A stretch of 64,000 bases of DNA. It comes from Isurus oxyrinchus. Taxonomy: Eukaryota. Shown here piece by piece: positions 12,310 to 24,989 of this stretch (the first letter of the stretch is position 1; the number at the start of each line of letters is the position of its first letter). Below the pieces are notes generated by a model. The model did no database searches, had not been told where the DNA came from, and saw only the letters and a list, made by a program, of their open reading frames with translations. Location of the stretch: NCBI GenBank assembly GCA_026770705.1, contig JANJGN010000012.1, forward strand, positions 77,686,001 to 77,750,000, in the 5' to 3' direction. The translations under genes were made by a program, and so were the position numbers.

Positions 12310-13030
12310 TGGTTTCCAGCACTTCTGCCTCAGGGTCAGAAGGTTGTGGTTTCAAGCCACAGTCCAGAGATGTGAGCAGAAAATTCAGGCTGAAAATGCC
12401 TGTACAGTAGGGAGTGCTGCACTGCTGAAGGTCTTTTGGATATGACGAGGCCCTGTCTACTCTCTCAACTGATGCTAAAGATCTCAAAGTACCATTCAAG
12501 GAAGAGCAGTGGAGTTCTGCCTAGTAGTTGGTAGCACACATGCCTCTGACCCACAAGGTTCTGGGTTCAAGTCTCACCCCAGGGCTTGAGCACAAAAATC
12601 AAGGGGAGACTGAGGGGGTGCTGCACTGTTGAAGGTGCTGTCTTTCAGATGAGATGTTACTCCAGTGCAGGTAAGAGATCCCATGCCATTATTTTGAAGA
12701 AGAGCAGGGGTGTCCCAACCAATAATTATCCCTCAATCAAATCACAAAAAACAGATTATCTGGTCTTTTATCACATTACTGAATGTGGGAGTTTGCTGCA
12801 AACAAATTGGCCGCAGTGTTTCCTACATCACAACAGTGACTACACTGTTCTTCATTGGTTGCAAAGCATTTTGAGATGTCCAGTGGTTGTTGAAAAGCAC
12901 TATGTGAATGCAAATCTTTATTTCTTTTATTTCATTGCTGTTTGTGGGAGCTTGCTGTGCGCAAATTTGGCTGCCACATTTCATACATTACAACAGCGAC
13001 TACACTTGGCTGCAAAGCAATTTAAGATGT
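12310..13030 (+). mobile_element. Nested tRNA-derived SINEs, DeuSINE/SacSINE1-like
   Basis: Two heads with B-box-like GGTTCAAG, a central GTGCTGCACTGTTGAAGGTGCTGTCTTTCAGATGAG...GAAGAAGAGCAGGGG domain (recalled Deu domain), and a duplicated tail. One copy sits inside the other. Confidence 0.65.
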
Positions 13031-13057
13031 CCTTAACTCAATTTTGCTCTTGTATAG

Positions 13058-13498
13058 ATGACGGAAGAAAAGATTAGAAAACCAGGTGACGGCAGCGTTA
13101 AAATGAGTCTGAAAGCGACCCAGCCTGTGACCTCTGGCTCTGAACAATGCAAAATGTTCTTCAACGCCCTGCAAAAGGCCATCGTCGCATTCACTGATAG
13201 CGTCAATGGAAACCAGCCCGCAGATATTTTAATCAAACACAGCAAGGTGGTGATAATGATCGGCCAGAAACTGGTGGACATGCTGTGTCGGGAGACAGGA
13301 CAAAAGACTGTTCACAAAGAGATGCTCAGTCGAAGCAACCAGTTTTGTGGAAGGATGAAAAAGGTTGCTGTGGCAACCAAGAATGCTGTGATGCATCCAA
13401 ACCCAATGGCCTTGCAAGAGATGAAGGATCAGGTGACAGAGCTATCCCAGCAGGCTGAGCAGCTCAGGCTCCTACTAGAGCAGGCCACTGCCTCATAG
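13058..13498 (+). CDS. CASS4: CAS-family scaffold (CASS4-like), terminal coding exon encoding the C-terminal FAT-like four-helix domain
   Basis: Acceptor ttttgctcttgtatag precedes 13058. The protein ALQKAI..NQPADILIKHSKVVIMIGQKLVDMLCRET..VAVATKNAV matches the CAS C-terminal domain. GQKLVD without the VFIG insertion is the CASS4 pattern rather than BCAR1/NEDD9/EFS. Confidence 0.88.
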   Translation: MTEEKIRKPGDGSVKMSLKATQPVTSGSEQCKMFFNALQKAIVAFTDSVNGNQPADILIKHSKVVIMIGQKLVDMLCRETGQKTVHKEMLSRSNQFCGRMKKVAVATKNAVMHPNPMALQEMKDQVTELSQQAEQLRLLLEQATAS

Positions 13499-13665
13499 GG
13501 GAGCTGAAAGATGATGAAAAGGGAGATTTTATATCTCCTCTCGACTAAAATTCACTTTAAGAAAAATATTTGCAGTTGTCTAGATAAACCATTTTCTCTC
13601 TTGTCCTTTGAGTTCAGCCAGTTTTTAGTTTGAGAAAACATGGCAAGGTGGGATCTTGGTGTAAG

Positions 13666-13671
13666 AATAAA
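13666..13671 (+). promoter_or_regulatory. Candidate polyadenylation signal of the CASS4-like gene
   Basis: AATAAA lies about 170 nt after the stop codon. More distal signals may be the ones used. Confidence 0.35.
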
Positions 13672-16576
13672 CATGTCTGCCTCCTTATACCCAACAACAG
13701 GTTGACCTCAGAGAGAAACTACAAGTTGGATTTCCAACCAATTAGCACTTTGTTTCTGTGCAGTGGTGTTAAAGGAAATGATCACATTGTCCAGTTGAGT
13801 TGAATGGTAAAATAGCCAGTATTTATGAATGGGAGTGGATATTATATGAGGTACTTCAATGCTGGAACATCTCCATTATACATAATTTATCTGGTTTATC
13901 ACAAACCTGCAACATCAGAATTCACGTCACCGCCCCCCCCCCACCCTTCTCACACCACCAATTTCTTAGTTCGAACTGTCCTTTTACTTTAAAGGACGTG
14001 CATATTATATTTTCCCTTCCTGCACTGAGGTTGAAAAATAAATGGATTTGGCACAGGGACAGTTGCAAAATAACATTTGTGTGAGATGGATATTCTCCAC
14101 TTCACTACAATATGCCTCATGAAGTAGGTGACCCAACAACAAACAGGGTTTGGAGAGGTGTAGAGACACACTCACAGTGATGACCCGCAAACAGATGGTA
14201 ATGTTACCGAGGGTGCTTCCACCTAACAATGGCTTGCTTCACTACGCCTTCCGCACGTAGCATCTTCCATCACAAAAGTGTGAGAGTGAGAGCTCAGGCC
14301 GTTTCACTAGGGTGAAATTCGGCTTGGACGGTGGAAGATTAGGGGCAAAACGGGTTGTTGATTCTCTATTACTTGCTTTGTACTATATCCCAAGACAAAT
14401 TTCATCCCTAGTTTGTTTTCAAATTTATCACTTTCTACTCATTACACAGGAAGACAACTCAGTCTATTCCAGACGGATTCTGTGTTCATTTTCTCCCTTG
14501 CATGAGGGAGATAATCCTGAGCTCAGTATTTGACATCACATACTTGTGTTTAATAGTTTCTTGTTTTGGTAAATATCAATTATAACCAAGGATCATTTCC
14601 TATGACTAGGTACTGGATTATATTTGATATAAATTAGATCAAGGCAAATTTCAGATTAGTCTGGATCCAGGCAGGGCTGAATAACAGTTTCAGATCAATC
14701 ACTCACTGACTATCAGAGTAAGTCAGAAAAAAAAACCATGAGTAATGAGCAGAAAATAAAATATTAGCAGTTGGTGCCTTAGCAAATCTGAGGAGGGGCT
14801 TAGTGGTGAGGGAACAGAGCCAAGGTTCATGTTCCTCATCGCTATCCAGTAACTAGCTAGAGAGTGCCTGGGTTTGTTCGTAGGGTGAATCAGCTGAACT
14901 GTGATGCACATTACTACCAAATGACACTTCCTATCGAGGCTCCCATTATGAAAGGGCATTTGGGAACTGCACCACCATTGTGATCCCACATTTCAGAAAC
15001 CAAAGGACTGGGAAAGAAAACAAGCAATTTATTGTCTAGCACAAATAGTGACCATTCATGCACCTTGTTCCAAATCATTTCCATCTCATTCATCATTATC
15101 TAACATTCCAATATGATTGCTACAGTGCCAGGTTAAGATAGGAATTGGATGCAGCTCACTGTCTCTAGATTCCCAGTTTCTAATCTCTCTTCTGAGTGAA
15201 AGCTGTCAAACAACATTGGAAGGTAGATCCCGATTAGTGGAATGAAGAGCTCCAAATTGAAAATGGACTGCAAAACACTGTTTTAAAAAAATACTTAATA
15301 AAAATCCAAGGAATGAGATTTCAAGAGGGAATAAATTATTTCATTAAATGATTCCTGTAAATATTACACATGAAAGGACTGAATATAGGAGTAATGATTA
15401 TCATCATAAAACTTTACTTTGAGAATTTGCTAAAAAAAAAGTTTAGTGTTGTCATTGGAGTTTTCATAGAACATGCTTTCAGTGAACTGATTTTTTTAAG
15501 ACCAACCATGTTCCTATTGTTTAAGTTACAGGGAAGGTCTCTCCGCCCCAGGGAGCCTCTTTACTGAAAGAGAAGGAACACTATATCTCCTTTAGTGTTT
15601 CTGCTTCTTTCCAAATGTTTAGTTTTGAATAATGATACCATTAGGAGACTGATTAAGGAGCAGATTCTAAGCTGGACAGGATATACCAGCTGAATTGGTG
15701 CAGTGATATATGGTGAGAAGTGGGCCCAGTAGGCTAGGTGTTCAGATAGAGATCCATTGCCTTTTTGTGCCATGGTCCTCTTTGGGTGGTCCAGCCAGTG
15801 ATCTGTCACAGACATTAATCCAGCTCCCTTGCACTATAGAGCTCAGTAACACCTAACCAGAATCCCGCATTACACACAGTATCTCTACTGATGTAAATCC
15901 ACTTCTGCACACAAAAGGGTTCAGTAATCCCACTATACCCTGCGCCCCGTCTTACTGAACATATCTCAATATTGGACCAGAATTTTATGTCAAAATAACA
16001 GCGAGGACACTGGTTCCTGCTGTTATTTACGTGTAAATAGTGCAGCAAGTTCAAGCAAGGAAGAGATGCACCGTTTAATGTAAACATCCAAAAGTTGCTG
16101 TCTAGTTGTGCTCCCAAGTTGTTAGCTTTGCAAAATTGCAATTCTGTTGTCTGCCTCTCATGACCTTGCTGTATTTACATGGTAGACACCAGCTAAACCC
16201 TGGGCAGATATTTAGGGCTAGTAACTTAAATAGCCTTTTAACAACATACAAGTTGTTAATTATCAACCACTCTGGTACTAATAAATTAATTATTGCAAGT
16301 GTGGAGTCTCGATTCTTCAGGTTTAGAATTTTCAGAGAGATTTTAAAAATGTCAAATTTTAAATTTTACATTTTTTTCTTTTTCTTTTTGTCTCTCTCTG
16401 TCCAGTCTTTCTTTCCTTCTCTTTCTGTGTATGATTTGACATTGAATTTCCCTCCTTTTATTTGCCCTCCTCTTTTTTAGTTCCTAAATTTTAGACCTCA
16501 TTGGTTAAGAAGATACACTGTCCCATTGTTCGTCAAGGTCCCAGATGTGCCATTTCCCTCACTTATGCTGTCCTCA

Positions 16577-16915
16577 GGGAAGGCGATGGCGTAGTGGTAT
16601 TCCTCACTGGACTAATGTTCCAGACACCCAGGGTAATGCTCTGGGGACCTGGGTTCAAATCTCTACCACGGCAGATGGTGAAATTTGAATTTGATAAAAA
16701 TCTGGAATTAAAAGTCAAATGATGACCATTATCAATTGTTGTAAAAGCTCATCTGGTTCACCAGGAAATTTACCATCCTTATCTGGTCTGGCCTACATGT
16801 GTTAAATGTGGTTAACTCTTTAAAAAAAAATGCCCTCTGAACAAGGGCACTTAGGGATGGGCAATAAATGCTGACCTAGCCAGCGCCAGCGACGCCCACA
16901 TCCCATGAACATTTA
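16577..16915 (+). mobile_element. tRNA-derived SINE sharing its 3' tail with the local LINE family
   Basis: A-box TGGCGTAGTGG, B-box GGTTCAAATC, and tail AGGGATGGGCAATAAATGCTG...CCCACATCCCATGAA. Confidence 0.8.
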
Positions 16916-17144
16916 AAAAATCTCAGCTTTGTAACAAATTTCCTTTTGAGTTAAAGAATGCAGGATGAAGCCCAACTAATGGCTGATGATGTTAGATGCC
17001 CTGTTACATCAACATCTGTCCAGTAATTCTATCTCCAGCCAGAGCTCTACATTACAGCCTGTCCACGTCTGATATGCAATACCAGATCCCTTGTACTGTG
17101 CAGCTCAGAATCGCTTCTGCCCAGCACCTCGTTACTGACAACAA

Positions 17145-17570
17145 TCTGCATTTATATAGCACCTTCAGTGTAGTAAAACGTACCAAGGCACTTTATAGGA
17201 AAGATTAATGAGCAAAATGTGATATCAAATCACATCAGACGATATTAGAACGGATGACCAAACAGATTGGTCTAAGAGGTGAGTTTTAAGGATCGTCTTA
17301 AAGAAGAAGTAGAGAGGCAGAGGGGTTTCAGGAGGTTAGGGTCTGAATAGCTGAAGGCATGGCTGCCAGTGGTGGAGCAAAGAAAATGAGGGATGTGCAA
17401 GATCAAAAGTGGAGGATCAAGAAATTTTGCAGGATTGGTGGGCTAAAGGAAGGTAGCGAGGGAAAGGTGAGGTTATGAAGGGATTCAAAAACATAGGTGA
17501 AAATTTTAAAATTGAGACGTTGCAAGACCGGTAGCCAACGTAGGTCTCGTAGGTCAACAGGGGTGATTAT
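17145..17570 (-). mobile_element. Old L2-like LINE 3' fragment
   Basis: ORF 17403-17657 contains ITPVDLRDLRWLPVLQRLNFKI, a degenerate L2 LHWLP motif. Confidence 0.6.
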
Positions 17571-18354
17571 CGTTACTGGTGTAAATCTCATACTGTAGGG
17601 CTGAGCTAGGCCTTCCCCAGAAACCTGTCTTGATGGTATTTTTACTGATACAAACACAGCTCTCTCAGTAACTACTCCTAGTTGCCACTGTCAATACTTT
17701 CAGTATTCCTTATAGAAACAAAAATATTTTCTGGCCAGAAATAATTTTTAAAATGCTCGCATTAAACAATGTTCTGCAACCATTTAAATTGCACTGGGAT
17801 TTTGATGGTGATGGTCACAATATAATAATTATAATTTGACTTTTGTTTCAATATAGCTGTGTTTTCATATTTGTGCACCTTTTAAGCCTTTAGCTGCAGT
17901 TTGTTAAAATTCCAAAGTGGTGGTATTCCAAAATTGGTGTATCATGCACCATCTTGCAGTTTCATAGATGCGTATTAGTCTTTAAAATAAAAAAAATTGA
18001 CTTTAGTGATAATGAGAGCTTCCTCTTTGTGTGTGAAAATGGTGCTCGTGCATACAGAGCCCTTCCAGACCACCTTTATATGGGATTTCCGTTTCCCTGA
18101 CTTCAAAAATGTGGGACAGAATCATAAAGAACAAGAAGACCTCAGGGTTTGTTTTCTGGTCAGTGTTGTTCACTCTCAATAGCTCGGGGCTAGGAAAGGG
18201 GTAGGATAGAGGTGTGTGATACCCTTCACAATCAAAGAGCCCGATAGTACTATCTTACTGGACTCCCACGTGCAGAATGGCCATATAGGATAGGGATAGG
18301 GCAGAGCAGAATACTTGGAGAAATTTCAAAGGAGACATAGACAGTTAGAAAGAG

Positions 18355-18700
18355 GACTTGCATTTACATAGTGCCTTTCATGACCTTCAACTATGCCAGT
18401 GCAGTTCACAGTCAATGACAGCCATTTTGCACACCACAAGATCCCACAAACCACTAGGTGATAAATGACCATATATTTTAAGTTTGATTAGGGATAGATG
18501 TTAACCAGGACACTGGAAGATATTCCTACTCTTCTTCAAATAGTGCCACAGAATCTTGGTTTATAAATCCTATCCAATTAACAGCACCTCTGACAGTGTA
18601 GCACTGTATAAACCTAGATTTTGTGTTCAAGTCTCTGGCTAGGGACTTGAACTCACAACTTTCTAACTCAGAGGCAAGAGAGCTACCACTGAGCCAAGGC
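18355..18700 (-). mobile_element. Degenerate DeuSINE-like SINE
   Basis: Reverse-complement similarity to 12520-12915 (CTCTTCTTCAAATAGTGCCA, ACAGCACCTCTGACAGTG, CTTGAAC). Confidence 0.6.
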
Positions 18701-20709
18701 TGCCACCAGAGCAGGCTGCTGTTTCAGGCAACACCACTTGAACAAATTAAATTATGTGCTTGATTGAAGCTTTTTGTAGAACCCTTCAGCCTTACTGTAC
18801 AATGATTTGCAAATGTAAAATTCATAATTCTTTTGTATCTCGGATCTATGCAGTTGTTATTCTGGTGACATCACACTATGCTTGAAGAGGCGGTGCTGTT
18901 TGACCTGTTTTTATGATCAATCCCTGTGTTTTTGTATATTTTCATTAAAGTATTGTTGCCACAGTTTGAGTGCCTTTCACTCTGCAAACAACTCAATTAC
19001 TGCCTTAAATGAGCAACAATTTCTAAATGACAACACAGCTTGAGTGGGGAAACAGCAGGGGGCAATGGTTGAAGGTGCTGGTAAATGGGTAAGCTTTAAA
19101 GAGGCTTTTGAAAGAGGAGTGAAAGTAGAAACAAGGCCAAAGGGTTTGGGGAGAGCACAGGACATGAGGACTGAAAGTTGATCTTGGAGAAGCGGTGACA
19201 CACAGCAGACCAGACCTGAGAGATGATGACCTTCCACAAAATGCAAGGCTGCAGAGGAGGACAGGAGAAGTCACGTAGGTTGGTATAGTCGAGAATGAGG
19301 ATTCAAAATCAGTGATTGAGGAATGGAATAACAGAAGATTTTCTGGTACAGCTTTTAAGGAATTCGTGAGCACCCTATTCTCTTCAGTCAGTACTCAAGT
19401 TGTGAGACCACTTCCTTCATGTCATTTCCCCCTTTTATTATTTAAGTATCTTGAAAACAACTCAGTATTCTAACAATGCAACAATATTTAACAGTGTTTG
19501 GCTACTTTCAATATTCTCATCTCTATAATAAGTCCTCACTTATAGTTGTAATTGTGTTCCTGAAGATCATGACTAAATGAATCAACTTTAAATGAATCAA
19601 AGGTTCTCGTAGGAATCAATGCTAAATCCAGAGTTAGGTTCCTTTAGACAATCCTGGCCTGGAAAAACCAATGTATGAGTTGAAATACAATACTGTACAT
19701 GTGCAGATGCATTCCTAGAGGAAATAACTTGCAAAATAAAATAAATCACTAAATATAAATACTGTACATCCTTATATAAAACAACCTTGAAATAAATAAA
19801 TTCAAAAATATAAACAATACAATATCCGGTAAATGTAAATAAATGTTAAAAAAATGCACTCACCATGTTTTAGATGGAGCCCAGGACTTCACTGAGAGTT
19901 CAGAATGGGAGCTGGGAGCCGGGGGACAGCAGCTGAAGAAGTCCCGATGCTGGCAACAGACACTGGTGACATTAAAGGTAAGAACAGAAGCAGGAACAGA
20001 ATCCGGGGGAAGAGGGACTTCAGCACTTGCCTGTGCACGTGCTTATACTCCACACAATTCTCTTCCCTTTATAGCTATATTATCTCAGCCTTTCAGAATA
20101 TCTTTCTATTCTCTTCTCTCATGTACTTGTCTATTCTCCTTTTGAAAACATCTAAGTTATTTGACTCAACCATTGCCTGTGGTGGCGAGTTCCACATTCT
20201 AACCTGTCTTTGAGTAAACTATTTTTCCCAGTCTTGGATTCTCCCACAAATGAAAACATCCTCTCCAACCATTCATAATTTTAAAGGCATCCATTAGGTC
20301 TAATCTAAGTCTTCTCATTTCTAAAGGAAAACCACCATTTGTTCAGTCTTTCCCTATTATTATCTTTCAATGTTGGTACCATCCTCGTGAATCTTTTCTG
20401 CACTTTCTCCAGTCTTTCTATGCCCTTTGAATGGTAAGCAGAACTGTGCACATTACTGAGTGCAGCCTGATCCAATAACATAACCTCACTACTTTTGAAT
20501 TCTATACCTGAGAAATAAATCCAAGTGCTTTCTTAGCATTTTTAATTACTGTGCTGACTTGCAACTCTGCTAATGATTTGTTCACCAATATCCCTAGATC
20601 CCTTTGCTCTTCTGCATGCTTTTCAGGCTGGAGGAAAGTTTGTAGTGGAGTTCCCCAGGGTTCAGTATTGAGATCCTTGCTTTTCCTGATATATATTAAT
20701 GGTCTAGAT

Positions 20710-21636
20710 TGGGCTTGTCCAACCTGTGTCCACCCGCGAAGCCCCTCCATGTGGCCCCTGAAGCAATTGTTGAAAATGTTGGGAGGATGGGTCAGTGAGT
20801 TTGAAGACTTCTGCAGGGGACTGCTTCTCCAATCACAGCCTGTCCCTCTCCTGTGTTTGCTGCTGATAGCCTCACTATTGAAGGCATCAGCACAAACATG
20901 AAAGCGGACCAGGTTGTGATTGGTGGAACAGTGAACACCAGCAATTCTGGAATGCTCATCACGTTCTTCCCCTCAGTTTACAGTGCTTTGGCCCGGCTCC
21001 AGCCACACTCTCCTGGTTCCTCCACCTTCCCCGGCTCTCAGTGTTCCCCTCAGAGGGCACTTATATTTGTGCACTGCTAGGTAAGTGAGTGAGTGAGTGG
21101 GTGTCTAAAAGAGAGAGAGGGTGAGCCCAAGNNNNNNNNNNNNNNNNNNNNNNNNNNNNNNNNNNNNNNNNNNNNNNNNNNNNNNNNNNNNNNNNNNNNN
21201 NNNNNNNNNNNNNNNNNNNNNNNNNNNNNNNNNNNNNNNNNNNNNNNNNNNNNNNNNNNNNNNNNNNNNNCTCCCAGTCTCAGGGTTCTCATTCACCCTC
21301 ACCCACCAACAATCACTCTCACAGGGGGAGGGGTTGAATGAGTGAGCACCCTGAGACTGGGAGTGAGCTGGACACACACTCTCTCACCCTTTCACGCTCA
21401 AATGGTCACCTTAATTAGAAAAAGAGTAATAAATAATTAATTTATTGTTGTAATTTTTTTGCTCAGCAAGTTGTTTCTTTTCATACGTCAGATTCTTTGA
21501 TTTGAAATTCAAGTTTGTTGTGCCAAACCTTATCTTCCTGAAATTTGCTCAACGCACCCCCCCTCACTCCCTCCAAATGTGAGGAAAATTGAAATATGTC
21601 CCCCACCCCCAATGCAAAAAGGTTGGACAAGCCTTG
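20710..21636. mobile_element. Non-autonomous hAT/Charlie-like DNA transposon (MITE), containing the assembly gap
   Basis: Terminal inverted repeats GGCTTGTCCAACCT (20712-20725) and AGGTTGGACAAGCC (21620-21633). The left flank GTCTAGAT fits the Charlie NTCTAGAN target. The element interrupts a CR1 RT frame. Confidence 0.65.
21132..21270. other. Assembly gap (139 N)
   Basis: Run of N. Confidence 1.
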
Positions 21637-22399
21637 CCTGGCCCTTGGTGTACTGGGAGCCATTTCAAAATTGTGGATGATACAAAACTGAAGCATAGTT
21701 TACAATGAGGAGGACAGTGTAGAAAAGCACATAGACAAGTTGATGGAATGGATGGAGAGATGGCAGATGAAGGTCAATGCAGAGAAATGTGAGGTGATAC
21801 ATTTTAGTAGGAAGAACATGGACAGTATAAAAGTTCAACTCAAAGATGGTGCAGGAACAGAGGGTTCTGGGTGTATATGTGCATAAGTAATTATTAATAG
21901 AGGTATAGAGTACTAGAGCAAGGAGGTTATGTTGAACCTGTATACGACACTAGTTAGACCTCAGCTGGAGTATTGTGCATAGTTCTGAGCGCCGCATTTC
22001 AGGAAGGATGTGAAGACATTGGAGAGTACAGAAAAGGTTTACAAGAATGGTCCCTGGGATGAGAAACTTCAGGTATGAGGATAGATTGGAGAAGTTAGGA
22101 CTGTTCTCCTTGGAGAGGAGAGGCTGAAAGGAGATTTCATTAGACCATAAGACCCAGGAGCAGAAATTAGGCCATTCGGCTCATCCAGTCTGCTCTGCCA
22201 TTCAATCATGGCTGATAAATTTCTCAACCCCATTCTCCCCGTAACCTTTGATCCCCTTACCAATCAAGAACCTATCTATCTCAGGTATTCAAGGATGAGG
22301 TATTCAGAATCATGAGGGGCCTGGACAGAGGAGATAGGGAGAAACTGTTCTACTCGTAAAAGGATTGAGAACCAGAGGGTGCAGATTTAAAGTAATTGA

Positions 22400-22530
22400 C
22401 AAATGAAGAATCATACAGACTTGAAACATTAACTCTGTTTCTCTCTCCACAGACTCTGCTAGACCTGCTGAGTTTTTCTAGCATTTTCTGACTTTATTTC
22501 AGATTTCCAGCATCTGCTGTGTTTTGCTTT
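22400..22530 (+). mobile_element. Older Penelope-like terminal fragment
   Basis: GACTTGAAACATTAACTC...AGACCTGCTGAGTTTTTCTAGC...GATTTCCAGCATCTG is a diverged version of the Penelope termini elsewhere in the window. Confidence 0.6.
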
Positions 22531-22811
22531 TAGCTTAGAATGTGGAACTCACTGTTAGTAGGTATAATTGAGGTGAACAGCATAAATACATTTAAGGGGA
22601 AGCTGGATAAGCACATATGGAGTACGATGTTATGCAATTAGGGTTAGGTGAAGAGGAGTGGTTGAAGGGTCATATGGAAACATAAACACCAGCTGATAAG
22701 GCCAAGTGGCTTGTTTCTTTGCTGGAATCTTTATGTAGTTCTATATTCTAGTTTTTTTCACTTGCATCATTCAGTTATTTCAGGTAGTACATACTTGGCT
22801 TTCTTGTTTTT

Positions 22812-24645
22812 TTAATTCTTTCACAGGATGTAGGTTTTGCTGGCTGGGCCAGCATTTATTGCCCACCCCTAGTTGCCGTTGAGGTGGTGGTGGTGAGCTG
22901 CCTTCTTGAGACGCTGCAGTCCATGTGGTGTAGGTACACCCACAGTGCTGTTAGGAAGGGAGTTCCAGGATTTTGACTCAGCGACAGTGAAGATTTCCAA
23001 ATCAGGATGGTGAGTGACTTGCAGGTGGTGGAGTTCTCATGTCTGCTGCCCTTGTCCTTCCAGGTGGTAGAGGTTGCAGGTTTGGAAGGTGCTGTCTAAG
23101 GAGCCTTGGTGAATTTCTGCAGTGCATCATATAGATGGTACACACTGCTGCTACTGTGCATTGGTGGTAGAGAGAGTGGATGTTTGTGTTTGGGGTACCA
23201 ATCAAGTGGCCTGCTTTGTTCTGGATGGTGTGAAACTTCTTGAGTGCACTCAGCCAGGCAAGTGTAGAGTATTCCATCACACTCTTGACTTGTGCCTTGT
23301 AGATGGTGGACAGGCTTTGGGGAGTCAGGAAGTGAGGTACTCATCGCAGGATCCCTAACCTCTGACCTGCTCTTGTAGCCACAGTATTTATATAGCTAGC
23401 CCAGTTCCGTTTCTGGTCAATGTTAACCCCCAGGGTGTTGATACTGGGGTATTGAGTGATGGTAATTCCATTGAATGTTAAGGGGGTGATGATTAGATTT
23501 TCTCTTGTTGACGAAGGACATTGCCTGGCACGAATGTTACTTGCCACTTGTCAGCCCAAGCCTGAATGTTGTCCAGGTCTTACTGAAGCAGTTTTTTCCC
23601 ATATGCAGCATGAGTCGTCGTAAATGGTGCTGAACACTGTACAATCAGCAGCAAACATCACCACTTCTGACTTTATGGTGGAAGGAAGGTCATTGATGAA
23701 GCAGCTGAAGATGGTTGGGCCTAGGACACTACCCTGAGGAACTCCTGCAGTGATGTCCTGGAGCTGAGATGACTGACGTCCAACAACCACAACCATGTTC
23801 TTTTGTGCTAGGTATGACTCCAACCAGCGGAGAGTCCCCCCCCCCCCCCACCCCCGACCCCACCACCCCCACCCTGCTTCCCACTGACTCCAGTTGCTCC
23901 GGAGGAGGCTGAGATGGATTATCCAGTCGGCACTTCTGGCTGAAGATTGTAGCAAATACTTCAGCCTTATCTTTTGCACTGCTGTGCTGGGCTCCTCCAT
24001 CATTGAGGATGGGGATATTTGTGGAGCCTCCTCCACCAGTGAGTTGCTTAATTGTCCACCACCATTCACGACTGGATGTGGCAGGACTGCAGAGCTTAGA
24101 TCCATTGGTTGTGGGATCACTTAGCTCTATCACTTGCTGCTTATGCTGTTTGGCAAGCAAGTATTCCTGTGTGGTAGCTTCATGAGGTTGACACCTCATT
24201 TTTAGGTATGCCTGGTGCTGCTCCAGCAGGCCTTCCTGCACTCTTCATTGAACCAGGGTTGATCCCCTTGGCTTGATGGTAATGGTAGATGGGGGATATG
24301 CTGGGCCATGAGGTTACAGATTGCGGTTGCGTACAATTCTGCTGCTGCTGAAAGCCCTCAGCACCTCTTGGGTGCCCAGATTTGAGCTGCTAGATCTGTT
24401 TGGAGTCTATCCCATTTAGCCCGGTGGCCACACAACACAATGAACAGTATCTCAAAGGGAAAGCGGGCCTTCTTCTCCACAATGAGTGTGCAGTGGTCAC
24501 TCCTGTCAATACTGTCATGGACAGGTGCATCTGCAACAGGTAGATTGGGGAGGATAAGGTCAAGTAGGTTTTCTCTCTTGTTGGTTCCCTCACCACCTGC
24601 TGTACGCCCAGTCTAGCAGCTATGTCCTTTAGGACTTGGCCAGCC
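22812..24645 (-). mobile_element. Degenerate LINE with internal deletion
   Basis: ORF 23551-24120 has GVPQGSVLGPTIFSCFINDLP..MFAADC. The family tail is at about 22820. Confidence 0.85.
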
Positions 24646-24989
24646 CAGTCAATTATTTCAGGGAGTAATAACTTGGCTTACCTATTTCAGACATATAGTT
24701 TTTGTGCAAGTTCCAAAGCAGTGCTATCCAATATAAATTGCTGACTAACCACAGGTTAGGCTATGGCGATACCATTTGGTTTGGTACAAGACACATGCAC
24801 TCATTTTAGAAGAAAACATCTTACACATAATACAGATAAAACACTTCACGAGTATATTTACTTAAATTTCTGTGCTGCAAGTTCTTTTAGTTTTGTACAA
24901 GTCTAGCATCATTCACTAAGCAAGGAAGCAGAACTGTTTTCAACCACAATCTGTAATCTTGTTGTTCAACATGTCCCTCAGTCTACCAT

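Larger units (their letters stand above)
20620..22400 (+). mobile_element. CR1-like LINE RT fragment, split by a hAT-type MITE and by a short inverted CR1 tail (about 22140-22280)
   Basis: FSGWRKVCSGVPQGSVLRSLLFLIYIN ends at about 20705. The RT resumes at about 21637 with a degenerate SKFADDTKL. Confidence 0.75.

Noticed and set aside
13058-13498. Stand-alone 146-aa gene starting at ATG 13058
   Set aside because: The ATG directly follows a splice acceptor and the protein is only the C-terminal CAS domain, so this is a terminal exon.
19520-19680. Possible Tigger/pogo-like transposon end
   Set aside because: It is only a vague resemblance, and no matching second TIR was found.
21077-21377. 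ORFs spanning the N-run
   Set aside because: They are artefacts of the assembly gap.
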